NCBI GenBank assembly: GCA_038320275.1
Contig: JBBQEB010000012.1
Location: forward strand, 1 to 42,599
From: Myxococcales bacterium
Lineage (GTDB): Bacteria; Myxococcota; Myxococcia; Myxococcales; Anaeromyxobacteraceae
Length of the DNA stretch: 42,599 nt
Reading direction: 5' to 3'
Below, piece after piece: positions 1 through 9,212 of this stretch. How positions within the stretch are numbered: the first letter of the stretch is position 1; every line of letters begins with the position of its first letter. The notes under the pieces were generated by a model. It saw nothing but the letters and a program-made list of their open reading frames with translations. It was not told the DNA's origin and ran no database searches. Position numbers and translations under genes: made by a program.

Positions 1-2
1 GA

Positions 3-830
3 TTCCTTTATGGGGACAGCGTTTACGAGGTCGTCCGAACCTACCGGCTGCGCCCCTTCGAGCTCGGAGCACACCTGGACAGGCTGGAGCGCTCCGCGGC
101 CATCCTGGCGCTTCCGCTGCCCTGGGGCGCGGCGCGGATCCGGGAGGAGCTCGCGCGCACCCTGGCGGCCTCGCTCGGCGCCGATGCGCCCGACCCAGAG
201 GCGGCGCCCTGGAACGCCGGCGAGCGCTCCCTGCGCATCGTCATGACCCGCGGCGCGGGAGAGCTCGGCCTCGATCCCGCTCTCGCGAGTCAGCCGCGCG
301 CCATCCTGATCGCGTCGCCGCTCCGAGGACCTCCGGCCTCCGCGTACCGGGAAGGGGTCGGCTGCCGGCTCGCGAGGGTGCCCCAGCGCTCGTCGGACGC
401 CGCGGCCGCGGGCGCGAAGACGGGGGCGCACCTCACCAACGTGCTCGCCGTCGCGGAGGCGAGGGAGGCGGGCGCGCACGAGGCGATCCTGCTCGACCGC
501 GAGGGGTTCGTGACCGAGGGGGCGTCGTCGAACGTCTTCGCGGTCCGGCGCGGGCGCCTTTCGACCCCGCCGCTCGCGGGCGGGATCCTGGCGGGCGTCA
601 CGCGCGCGCTCACCCTCGAGCTCGCCGGGGAGGCGGGGATCGCCGCGGGGGAGGAGGCGCTGCGACCGGAGGGTCTCGCCTCGGCCGACGAGCTCTTCAT
701 CACCTCCACCGCCCGCGAGATCCTCCCCGTCACGCAGCTCGACGGAAGGCCCGTCGGGCAAGGGGCGGTCGGGCCCGTGACCGCCAGGTTGCACGCGCTC
801 TACCGCGCCCGGGCTGGCGGGTCGGCGTGA
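3..830 (+). CDS. Class IV PLP-dependent aminotransferase (IlvE/D-amino-acid aminotransferase/PabC family), 5'-truncated
   Basis: Frame open from position 3 (FLYGDSVYEVVRTY...HLDRLERSA) and continuous with ORF 243-830; PLP Lys in GAKTG, EGASSNVF, ILAGVTR, ELFITST motifs. Confidence 0.9.
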   Translation, partial: FLYGDSVYEVVRTYRLRPFELGAHLDRLERSAAILALPLPWGAARIREELARTLAASLGADAPDPEAAPWNAGERSLRIVMTRGAGELGLDPALASQPRAILIASPLRGPPASAYREGVGCRLARVPQRSSDAAAAGAKTGAHLTNVLAVAEAREAGAHEAILLDREGFVTEGASSNVFAVRRGRLSTPPLAGGILAGVTRALTLELAGEAGIAAGEEALRPEGLASADELFITSTAREILPVTQLDGRPVGQGAVGPVTARLHALYRARAGGSA

Positions 831-2620
831 GAAGCGCCTACCTCGCGGTGGCGGTGGTCGCGGCCGTCGTCGGGGCGCGATGGCCAGCTGGAGTGATCGC
901 GAACGCGAACGCGACCCCGACCGCGACCGCGACCCCGACATGGACCCCGACATCGACCGCGACCGCGACCTCCAACTCGACCGCAACCTCGAACGCAATC
1001 GAGGCCTCGAGCGCAGTCGCCAGAGAGGCCGGGACCGCGACTGCCAGCCGACCCGCCCCGGGGGGCGCGGACCTCGATGACCCTCTCGAGCTCCTCTGGT
1101 CGCACCGGATCCGGCTCTCTCCGGGTGGCGGGCCGCTCGTGACCGTCCGCGTTGCCGAGGGGCAGGGCGAGATCACGTTCCGCAGCCGCTCGCGCGCGCG
1201 GCTTCTCCCCCGGGGGGGACCTCCCGTCGAGGTACCCGCCGGCGAGAGCTTCCGGGTGCACGTGGAGAGCTCCACCCCCGCCGCGATAGCCACCCTACCG
1301 CTCCTCGGCGAGGCGAAGCTGGGCGAGCGGAGCCGCCTCTCGGCAACCCGGCGGCACTGGACCGAGCAGGGAGTGTCCGTGGGGGAACGATGGTCAGGCG
1401 CTGCTTACGGCGCCGGTGGCCGGGTGATCGACACCCGGCGTGCGCTGCTGGTCGCGGAGGGGCAGGGCAGCGCCGGGCGAGGCGCCGCGAGCGGCGGCGG
1501 AGCGCTTCCGGAGCCCTTCGCCGAGGTCCGGGCGCGCCCCACCGGCACGCTGGCCGTCTTCGATGCGGAGGGCAACCGGGTTGCATCCGCGGACGCGCTC
1601 GTGACGGTCGAGCCCGGGAGCGGGGCTGGCGTGGTGGTGCTCGGGGTGGAGCACGACGCGGGTTCGGCCGCGCACGGGTTCGAGGACCGCGCCTACCCGG
1701 GGCAGCTTCACCTCACGCTCGACGCGGGTGGGCGGCTGGCCGCCGTCGTCGAGGCGCCGCTGGAGGACTTGCTGCGAGGGCTCGTCCCGAGCGAGATCCC
1801 CTCCCGGTCGCCGCGCGAGGCGCTCGCAGCGCAGGCCGTGACCGCGCGTTCCAACGTGCTCGCGCAGCTCGGGACGCGACATCGGGGCGACCCGTACCTC
1901 CTCTGTGCCGAAGTTCACTGTCAGGCTTACCGGGGTGAGGGGGCGCGGACTGCCGCGACGGACGCTGCCGTGCGCGCCACCGCGGGGGAGGCGCTGTTCG
2001 GTCGCAGCGGTGGCCGCGAGCTCGTCGACGCCGTCTACTCGGCCATGTGCGGCGGGCACGGCGAGGACAACGACGCGGTCTGGCCGGTGCTCCCGGAGGC
2101 GAGCTTGCGCGGTCGCCCCGACATGCCGCCCGGAGTCGCCCGCGAGCTCTGGGGCGGGCTCGCATCGGAAGACCGCCTGCGGCCCTTCCTGCGCGCATCG
2201 CCGCCCGCCTGGTGCGGCAGGGCCTCCGGCGCGCCGCGGGACCGCTTCCGGTGGGAGCGGCGCTTCTCCCCGGCCGAGCTGGACGAGGCCCTCTCCTCGC
2301 TGGCGGTGGGGCGCACCCTCGAGCTGGGTATCACGCGCCGGGGCATCTCCGGTCGCGCGCGCGCCCTCACCGTCACCGGCGATCGCGGGAAGGCCGTGGT
2401 GGGGGGCGAGCTGCGCATCCGCAAGCTCCTGCGGAACCTGCCCAGCGCCATGTTCGTCATCGACCGGGAAGGCGATGCGACCGTCCTGCGGGGCGGGGGC
2501 TGGGGCCACGGGGTGGGCATGTGCCAGTGGGGAGCCATCGGGCGGGCGGAGGCCGGGCAGTCCCACGGCGAGATCCTCGCGGCCTACTACGGAGGAGCGG
2601 AGCTGTCGCGCGCTTACTGA
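827..2620 (+). CDS. SpoIID/LytB-domain protein (exported lytic transglycosylase-like) with Thr/Ala/Pro-rich linker
   Basis: GTGA overlap with upstream stop; signal-like N-terminus; LRGLVPSEIP (catalytic Glu), EALAAQAVTARS, HCQAYRG, YSAMCGG, GGGWGHGVGMCQWGA, EILAAYY. Confidence 0.9.
   Translation: MRSAYLAVAVVAAVVGARWPAGVIANANATPTATATPTWTPTSTATATSNSTATSNAIEASSAVAREAGTATASRPAPGGADLDDPLELLWSHRIRLSPGGGPLVTVRVAEGQGEITFRSRSRARLLPRGGPPVEVPAGESFRVHVESSTPAAIATLPLLGEAKLGERSRLSATRRHWTEQGVSVGERWSGAAYGAGGRVIDTRRALLVAEGQGSAGRGAASGGGALPEPFAEVRARPTGTLAVFDAEGNRVASADALVTVEPGSGAGVVVLGVEHDAGSAAHGFEDRAYPGQLHLTLDAGGRLAAVVEAPLEDLLRGLVPSEIPSRSPREALAAQAVTARSNVLAQLGTRHRGDPYLLCAEVHCQAYRGEGARTAATDAAVRATAGEALFGRSGGRELVDAVYSAMCGGHGEDNDAVWPVLPEASLRGRPDMPPGVARELWGGLASEDRLRPFLRASPPAWCGRASGAPRDRFRWERRFSPAELDEALSSLAVGRTLELGITRRGISGRARALTVTGDRGKAVVGGELRIRKLLRNLPSAMFVIDREGDATVLRGGGWGHGVGMCQWGAIGRAEAGQSHGEILAAYYGGAELSRAY
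899..1000 (+). repeat. Degenerate hexamer tandem repeat (NCGACC-like x17) encoding an A/T/P/S linker
   Basis: gcgaac gcgaac gcgacc ccgacc gcgacc gcgacc ccgaca ... gcaatc; translates ANANATPTATATPTWTPTSTATATSNSTATSNAI. Confidence 0.85.
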
Positions 2621-2895
2621 TCAGGTGGAGGCTTCGGCGGGGGAGGGTCCGCGCTGCGCAGGCCGAGACCCTTCCGGAGAGGGCGCGCCCTGAGGGCCAT
2701 CGCCGAGGTCGCGGCGGTGACGAGCGCGAGCACCCCCAGCACGCCCCAGAGTACCGACCAGCCGGGAGTGGCAAAGGCCCCCGCGGGCTGTGCCGCCGAG
2801 GCACGCCGCGCCGTCTCGGCACGGACCAGCAGGACCGCTCCGGACACGCTCAGGAGGACGACGCGCAGGAGGAGCCGCGATCGGGTGAGTCGCAT
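2614..2895 (-). CDS. Small hypothetical membrane protein (2 TM, Pro-rich tail)
   Basis: ATG at 2895: MRLTRSRLLLRVVLLSVSGAVLLV...WSVLWGVLGVLALVTAATSAMAL; fills the gap between neighbouring genes. Confidence 0.6.
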   Translation of the reverse strand: MRLTRSRLLLRVVLLSVSGAVLLVRAETARRASAAQPAGAFATPGWSVLWGVLGVLALVTAATSAMALRARPLRKGLGLRSADPPPPKPPPDQ

Positions 2896-3163
2896 CCCGC
2901 CGTGAATGGCGGCAAGCGCCCCCCGCGGCACGTCATTCGGGATGCCGTCGCCAGCGGAGGCGGCGCCCGGGCCTGCGCACGGAGGTCTGGCGTACGGTAC
3001 ACTTGGGCACGTGCAGGGCCGGTCGTGAGAACGCATGTTCCTCCTGGGTGGAAATCCGTTCGGACGAGAGGCGAGGCCGTGGGCTTGACAGAGGCAATCG
3101 CGGCCAGATGCCCTTGATGGGCGAGTGTCCGCCCTTCATGGGCTGCATCGGGGAGAAGCTGTG

Positions 3164-4645
<1,482 letters not shown>

Positions 4646-4679
4646 GACCACCGGGAGCGCGCGGAAGCCCCGGATGCGC

Positions 4680-4720
4680 GAAGCCCCCTCTGCAGCCGGG
4701 TGGGCCGCGAAGGGGGCTTC
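4680..4720. terminator. Stem-loop between convergent genes (possible bidirectional terminator)
   Basis: GAAGCCCCCT (4680-4689) pairs perfectly with AGGGGGCTTC (4711-4720); no strong U tract. Confidence 0.5.
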
Positions 4721-4742
4721 TCCACTCCCGCGGGGGGCGAAC

Positions 4743-4952
4743 CTACTGGACGGCGCGCACCGGCGAGGTTCCGCTCGCGTCCGCGGCCTGCGTCGCCTCC
4801 GAGGCGCTCGGCGGGATGCGTCCGCTCACGTAGAAGAGCGTCGATCCGAGCGCGAGCAACACCATGGGCTCGACCAACGGACCTGAGAAGTAATGACAAA
4901 TGCCTCCGCCTACTGCGAAGAGGCCCCCCGTCCACGCCGCTGCCCTGAACAT
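4743..4952 (-). CDS. Small (69 aa) hydrophobic membrane protein, divergent from the polysaccharide operon
   Basis: AGGAGG SD (4961-4966, minus strand) 8 nt before ATG; MFRAAAWTGGLFAVGGGICHYFSGPLVEPMVLLALGSTLFYVSGR... Confidence 0.65.
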   Translation of the reverse strand: MFRAAAWTGGLFAVGGGICHYFSGPLVEPMVLLALGSTLFYVSGRIPPSASEATQAADASGTSPVRAVQ

Positions 4953-5177
4953 TGACCCACCCTCCTGGTGCCACCCTCGACACACGGAGAAGGTTCGTTC
5001 GATGGGCTCCAAGGTCAACGCCGCGGTATATCCGCTGGAGAGGAACGGGAAAGGTCAGAGTAGGAAGATCTTTTCAAGCTCGGCTGGCCCCAAGGCGGGC
5101 GGTTGATCTCCGAGCACATCGCCGCATGTTCCCCTTACGGCTCGCCTGGCAGCCAGATCCCCTGGCGCCTGCTTCCG

Positions 5178-5193
5178 TGGCATGAAGCGTGCG
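5178..5193 (+). promoter_or_regulatory. Putative sigma54 (-24/-12) promoter of the polysaccharide operon
   Basis: TGGCATGAAGCGTGCG: GG-N10-GC spacing with TGGCA-G and TGC matches, about 70 nt upstream of the first gene; sigma54 activator gene nearby. Confidence 0.65.
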
Positions 5194-5260
5194 TAGGGCA
5201 TGCCCGCGGGCAGCGCCGACGCGCGGTGCCCGGCGTGAACCCGCAGGAGAACCGACTCCC

Positions 5261-5824
5261 ATGAGAAAGACCCTCTCCATCGCGTTCCTCGCACTTGCGT
5301 GCGCGAGCACCACGAAAGGAGACCGCGTGGCCTCCCGGCCCCCCACGGAGTACCGGATCGGGCGCGAGGATGTCCTCGAGATCGTGGTGTGGCACGAGCC
5401 CGAGCTCACCCGGGTGATGCCGGTTCGGCCCGACGGCCTCATCTCCTTGCCGCTGGTGGGCGAGGTCGAGGCGGCCGGCAAGACCCCGGCCGAGCTCCGC
5501 GCGACCCTCACCAAGGCCCTGCAGCCCTATGTGAAGGACGCTGCGGTTGCGGTCCTCCTCCGCGAGATCAACGGGCCTCGCTTCTCCGTCATGGGCGAGG
5601 TGCCCAGGGCAGGGACCTTCCCCCTGCGCGGCGCCGTGTCGGTCACCCAGGCGCTCGCGACCGCGGGAGGTCTGGGCGAGTACGCCGGCGGCGAGGTGGT
5701 CTGGCTCCGTCAGAAGGCCGAGGGGAAGACCGAGAAGGTGCGGCTGTCCGTGAAGGAGCTGCTGGAAGGCGACGCCGAGGGATCGCTGTGGCTCGCACCG
5801 GGCGACGTCCTTTACGTGCCTTGA
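5261..5824 (+). CDS. wza: Short OPX/Wza-family polysaccharide export lipoprotein (ExoA/FdgA-like)
   Basis: AGGAGA SD; lipobox LALAC; YRIGREDVLEIVVW, VRPDGLISLPLVGEV (PES motif), SLBB domain VMGEV...LAPGDVLYVP; no C-terminal membrane helix. Confidence 0.9.
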   Translation: MRKTLSIAFLALACASTTKGDRVASRPPTEYRIGREDVLEIVVWHEPELTRVMPVRPDGLISLPLVGEVEAAGKTPAELRATLTKALQPYVKDAAVAVLLREINGPRFSVMGEVPRAGTFPLRGAVSVTQALATAGGLGEYAGGEVVWLRQKAEGKTEKVRLSVKELLEGDAEGSLWLAPGDVLYVP

Positions 5825-5893
5825 TCCAGCGAACCGGCCATGGTGAGCGAGGCATGCCCGGCGGTTCGCGGGCCACGGGAGACAGCGCCGGGG

Positions 5894-7006
5894 ATGCGAG
5901 GGCGGAAGGGTGCGAGGCTCGCGCTCGCCATCGCGGCGCTCTGCGCGGTCGAGCCAGCCGGCGCGAGCGTGCAGGTGGATCCCATCGCTCGCCTGACGCT
6001 CGAGGGCGGCTACGACTCCAACATCCTCTATGACGGCAGAGGTGACCGCCTCGGCCGCGTCTCCCCTGACCTGGGCCTCTCGCTGCGCGATCACACCTGG
6101 GCCGCGGCGCTCTCCGCGGGAGGCGATCTCCTCGACTATGGAGGGCGGAGCGGCGCGCCGGTGTGGAACCAGCGGGGACGCCTCCTCCTGCGAGCCGCCC
6201 CCGAGCGGCGCCTGGCCATCGACCTCGACACGAGCGCCACCTACGTCAACGATCCGGTGGGCCTCGCTCGGCTCGCCATCATCGGGCGCAACTCCGCTGC
6301 GCTGCTCGTGCGGGGAGATGCGCGCGTGGCCTGGCGCGCGGAGCGCGACTGGAAGGCTTCCGCGACCTACCATGAGGCGCTGGTGCGCTTCGGCGATGGC
6401 ACGGGCGCGGCAGCGCACACGCCAGGGGTCGAGCTGGTCGAGATCCTCGGGCAGCATCTCGAGGCGGGAGGAGCGTTCAAGACCGACTTCTTCCAGGGCT
6501 TCGACCCGGCGACTCGGAGCGCCAGGGCCTACGAGGCCTCGGCGGTGGTGCGCGCCAGACTGAGTCGCCGGCTCACCGTCCAAGCGGACGGCGGACCGGC
6601 CTTGTGGACGAGCGGTGGCAGTACCAGCTTGCTCCCGCAGGCGGGGGTCGAGCTCCTCGCCGCCAGCCGGGAAGGGGATGCGCGGCTGTCCCTGCGGCAC
6701 GGAGTAGGGCTGGGTCTTCTCGCGACGCCGGGTCTCGCCGACACGGCGGAAGGCGCTTTCACCTGGAAGGTTGGCCGATCGTTGCAGCTTCACGCGGACG
6801 GTGGCCTCTGGCGGAGCGGCGAGATCCCCTGGGGGCGAAATGGGGCCACCGGGTACGGAGTGCAGGGCGAGGTGGGTTGGAGGTTCACCAAGGAATTGCT
6901 CGTGGGGCTGGGCGCGTCGCGGTTCGCCCGCGCAGACGTCGCGTCCAGTCTGTACGACCGAAACATCGTCGGGCTCCGCGTCGCCTGGGAGCTCCGTCAC
7001 CGGTAG
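5894..7006 (+). CDS. Outer-membrane beta-barrel polysaccharide translocon (ExoB/Wzp-like)
   Basis: Signal peptide (alternative start 5840); LEGGYDSN; many amphipathic strands; C-terminal VGLRVAWEL; lies between OPX and co-polymerase. Confidence 0.7.
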   Translation: MRGRKGARLALAIAALCAVEPAGASVQVDPIARLTLEGGYDSNILYDGRGDRLGRVSPDLGLSLRDHTWAAALSAGGDLLDYGGRSGAPVWNQRGRLLLRAAPERRLAIDLDTSATYVNDPVGLARLAIIGRNSAALLVRGDARVAWRAERDWKASATYHEALVRFGDGTGAAAHTPGVELVEILGQHLEAGGAFKTDFFQGFDPATRSARAYEASAVVRARLSRRLTVQADGGPALWTSGGSTSLLPQAGVELLAASREGDARLSLRHGVGLGLLATPGLADTAEGAFTWKVGRSLQLHADGGLWRSGEIPWGRNGATGYGVQGEVGWRFTKELLVGLGASRFARADVASSLYDRNIVGLRVAWELRHR

Positions 7007-7017
7007 GGGGAGTCCAC

Positions 7018-8391
7018 ATGGAAAAGACGTATACGCTTCGTGAAATGTTCGCCGCGCTGTACCGCCGGCGCTGGCTCGCTCTCGGCATCGGCGCGGCCGT
7101 GCTGGTCGCCTCGACGGCGACCATCTTCGCCCTGCCCAACGAGTACCGCTCCGAGTCGGTCACGCAGATCGAGCCCCACCAGCTCCCGCACGACTTCTTC
7201 CCCGCCTCGGTGACCTCCTTCGAGGACCGCATGCGGACCTTGAAGCACGGGCTCCTCGCGAGGCCGATCCTGGAGCGCGTGCTGCAGCAGACCGACTTCT
7301 ACCCGAAGTGGAAGGCCGATCCCGACGAGGCCATCGAGAAGCTGCGCCGGAACGTCGAGGTGCGGCTCGAGGGCGAGCTGGCCGGTGGCCCGCCCTCGCT
7401 CCTCTTCGTGGTCGACGTGCGCGGCCCCGATCGCAACAAGGTCGCGCAGGCCGCCGAGATCATCCCCCAGACCTACGCCGAGATGACGCGGCAGGTGATG
7501 CAGACGCAGGCCAACAACGTCCGCGTCACGCTGACGAAGCAGCTCGACGACATGAGCACGCGGCTCGGCGCCGAGGAGGAGAAGCTCATCGCCTTCAAGT
7601 CGAAGTACGCCACGGAGGTGCCTGAGGCGGCGGAGGCGAACCTGCGCGCCGCCGGTGGCCTCACGGCTCAGCTCGACGCCCACCTCGCCGCCCTCGGGGA
7701 TGCGCAGCGGCGCCGATCGGCGGTGCTCGCGACCATTCCCGAGGTGAACAGCGCCCCGGGCCTCACCATCGGCAATGCAGAGGATGTCCTGCGCCGCCTG
7801 GAGGCCGCACGGGCTGCTTACGGCAATGATCATCCGGACGTGAAGCGGCTCGAGCGCCAGTACCGCGACGCGACCTCGCGAAACGAGACCGAGCAGGGCC
7901 GCTTCCAGAAGGACCGCCTGCAGGCGCAGCTCGCCCGCATCGACGCGGAGGTCAAGGACCACCAGGCGGCCATGAAGGATCTCCAGGGCCAGCTCGCGGG
8001 CTACCAGAAGCGCGTCGATCAGGCCCCGCATCGCGGGGAGCAGTATCGCGTCCTCTCCCGCGACTACGAGACGCTCCGTGCCAAGTACACCACCACGTTG
8101 GCGCGCGTCTCCGACGCCCAGGCCGCCGAGTCGCTGCTCGCGGCCGACGCCTCGACCCTCTTCCGCATGGTGCAGCCCGCGGTGGCGGCCTCCAAGCCGG
8201 CCGGCCCCAACCGCCTGAACCTGTTCCTGGTCGCCCTGGCGGCGTCCCTCGGCGCCTCGCTCCTCGCGGCGGCAGCGGCCGAGTACTTCGACACCTCGCT
8301 GCGCGGCGCGCAGGATGCCACAGACTTCGGCGTCCCCGTCCTCGCCACCATTCCACGCATCGGCCTCCGCCGCGTCGGCGGCCAGGGCTAG
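7018..8391 (+). CDS. Polysaccharide co-polymerase (Wzc/GumC-type PCP, ExoC-like)
   Basis: N-terminal RRRWL+TM, PNEYRSE, long coiled coil, LSRDYETLR, PAGPNRL+TM, EYFDTS, GVPVLATIP. Confidence 0.9.
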   Translation: MEKTYTLREMFAALYRRRWLALGIGAAVLVASTATIFALPNEYRSESVTQIEPHQLPHDFFPASVTSFEDRMRTLKHGLLARPILERVLQQTDFYPKWKADPDEAIEKLRRNVEVRLEGELAGGPPSLLFVVDVRGPDRNKVAQAAEIIPQTYAEMTRQVMQTQANNVRVTLTKQLDDMSTRLGAEEEKLIAFKSKYATEVPEAAEANLRAAGGLTAQLDAHLAALGDAQRRRSAVLATIPEVNSAPGLTIGNAEDVLRRLEAARAAYGNDHPDVKRLERQYRDATSRNETEQGRFQKDRLQAQLARIDAEVKDHQAAMKDLQGQLAGYQKRVDQAPHRGEQYRVLSRDYETLRAKYTTTLARVSDAQAAESLLAADASTLFRMVQPAVAASKPAGPNRLNLFLVALAASLGASLLAAAAAEYFDTSLRGAQDATDFGVPVLATIPRIGLRRVGGQG

Positions 8392-8419
8392 AGCGCACGT
8401 CGCCATGAGGAGAATCTCC

Positions 8420-9121
8420 ATGACCGTTCCCGCCGAGACCCTGGGCCCCGTCGCCCACAACTACGAAGAGGCGAAGATGACCGACCTCGCCGCCATGGCG
8501 TCGCCCGATTCCGTGGCCGCCGAGCAGTACCGGATGCTTCTCGCCCGCCTCGACCGCGCCTCCGCGGTGAAGCCGCTCCGCACGGTGGCCATCACCTCCT
8601 GCGCGCGCGGTGAGGGGCGGAGCACGACCGCCATGAACCTCGCGCTGACCGTGGCCAGGGAGGGGCGCGAGGTCGCGCTCGTGGAGTGCGACCTCAAGCG
8701 GCCCAGCCTGGGGGCCATGTTCGAGCTGGCCCAGCGCCCGGGCATGGCCGAGGTGGTGGAAGGCAAGGCCGACCTGCCGCAGGCGCTCACCCGCGTGAAC
8801 GGGGTGACGCTCCTCCTCGCGGGAGAGTCGCGCGACCCGGCCGCTTCCATGCGCAGCCCGCGGTTCGCGAGCACCCTCGACAGCCTGCGGTCCTCGTTCC
8901 CGCTGGTGATCCTCGACCTCCCGCCGGCGCTCGCCATGTCCGACGGCGGCCGCCTCGCCGCCGCGGCCGATGGCGTGGTGCTCGTGGTCCGGGCGGGCGT
9001 GACGCCGCGCGACCTCGTCCGCATGACGGTCGAGTCACTCTCGGGCCGCTTGCTGGGGCTCGTGCTGAACGGGGTCGACGAGCCGGGGTACGCTCGCTAC
9101 CTCGAGTCCAACGTCGCCTGA
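8420..9121 (+). CDS. CpsD/CapB-family bacterial tyrosine kinase domain (ExoD-like), atypical Walker A
   Basis: GAGGAG SD; AAEQYRML, ITSCARGEGRST, VECDLKRP, VILDLPP, ADGVVLVVRAG, LGLVLNG. Confidence 0.88.
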   Translation: MTVPAETLGPVAHNYEEAKMTDLAAMASPDSVAAEQYRMLLARLDRASAVKPLRTVAITSCARGEGRSTTAMNLALTVAREGREVALVECDLKRPSLGAMFELAQRPGMAEVVEGKADLPQALTRVNGVTLLLAGESRDPAASMRSPRFASTLDSLRSSFPLVILDLPPALAMSDGGRLAAAADGVVLVVRAGVTPRDLVRMTVESLSGRLLGLVLNGVDEPGYARYLESNVA

Positions 9122-9136
9122 GGTCGCCGTGAGCCC

Positions 9137-9161
9137 TCCCGGTGGGTTCTGCCCACCGGGA
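9137..9161 (+). promoter_or_regulatory. Intercistronic perfect hairpin
   Basis: TCCCGGTGGG-TTCTG-CCCACCGGGA, 10-bp stem in the gap between kinase and sugar transferase. Confidence 0.5.
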
Positions 9162-9212
9162 CGTTCAGAGACCAAGGTCTCGGGTAGCACACCATCGGTC
9201 GTAGGAGAGTTC

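Noticed and set aside
880..1080. Asp/Arg-repeat ORF (RERERDPDRDRD...)
   Set aside because: Alternate-frame reading of the hexamer repeat inside the SpoIID gene
3005..3019. GGGCACGTGCAGGGC, GG-N10-GC spacing
   Set aside because: Lacks the T before GG and the TTGC-like -12 element; likely chance at this GC
3085..3090. Perfect TTGACA upstream of the sigma54 activator
   Set aside because: No convincing -10 hexamer at 16-18 nt spacing, so not called as a promoter
4968..4973. TGGCAC on the minus strand before the small membrane ORF
   Set aside because: No GC at the -12 position and it overlaps the SD region
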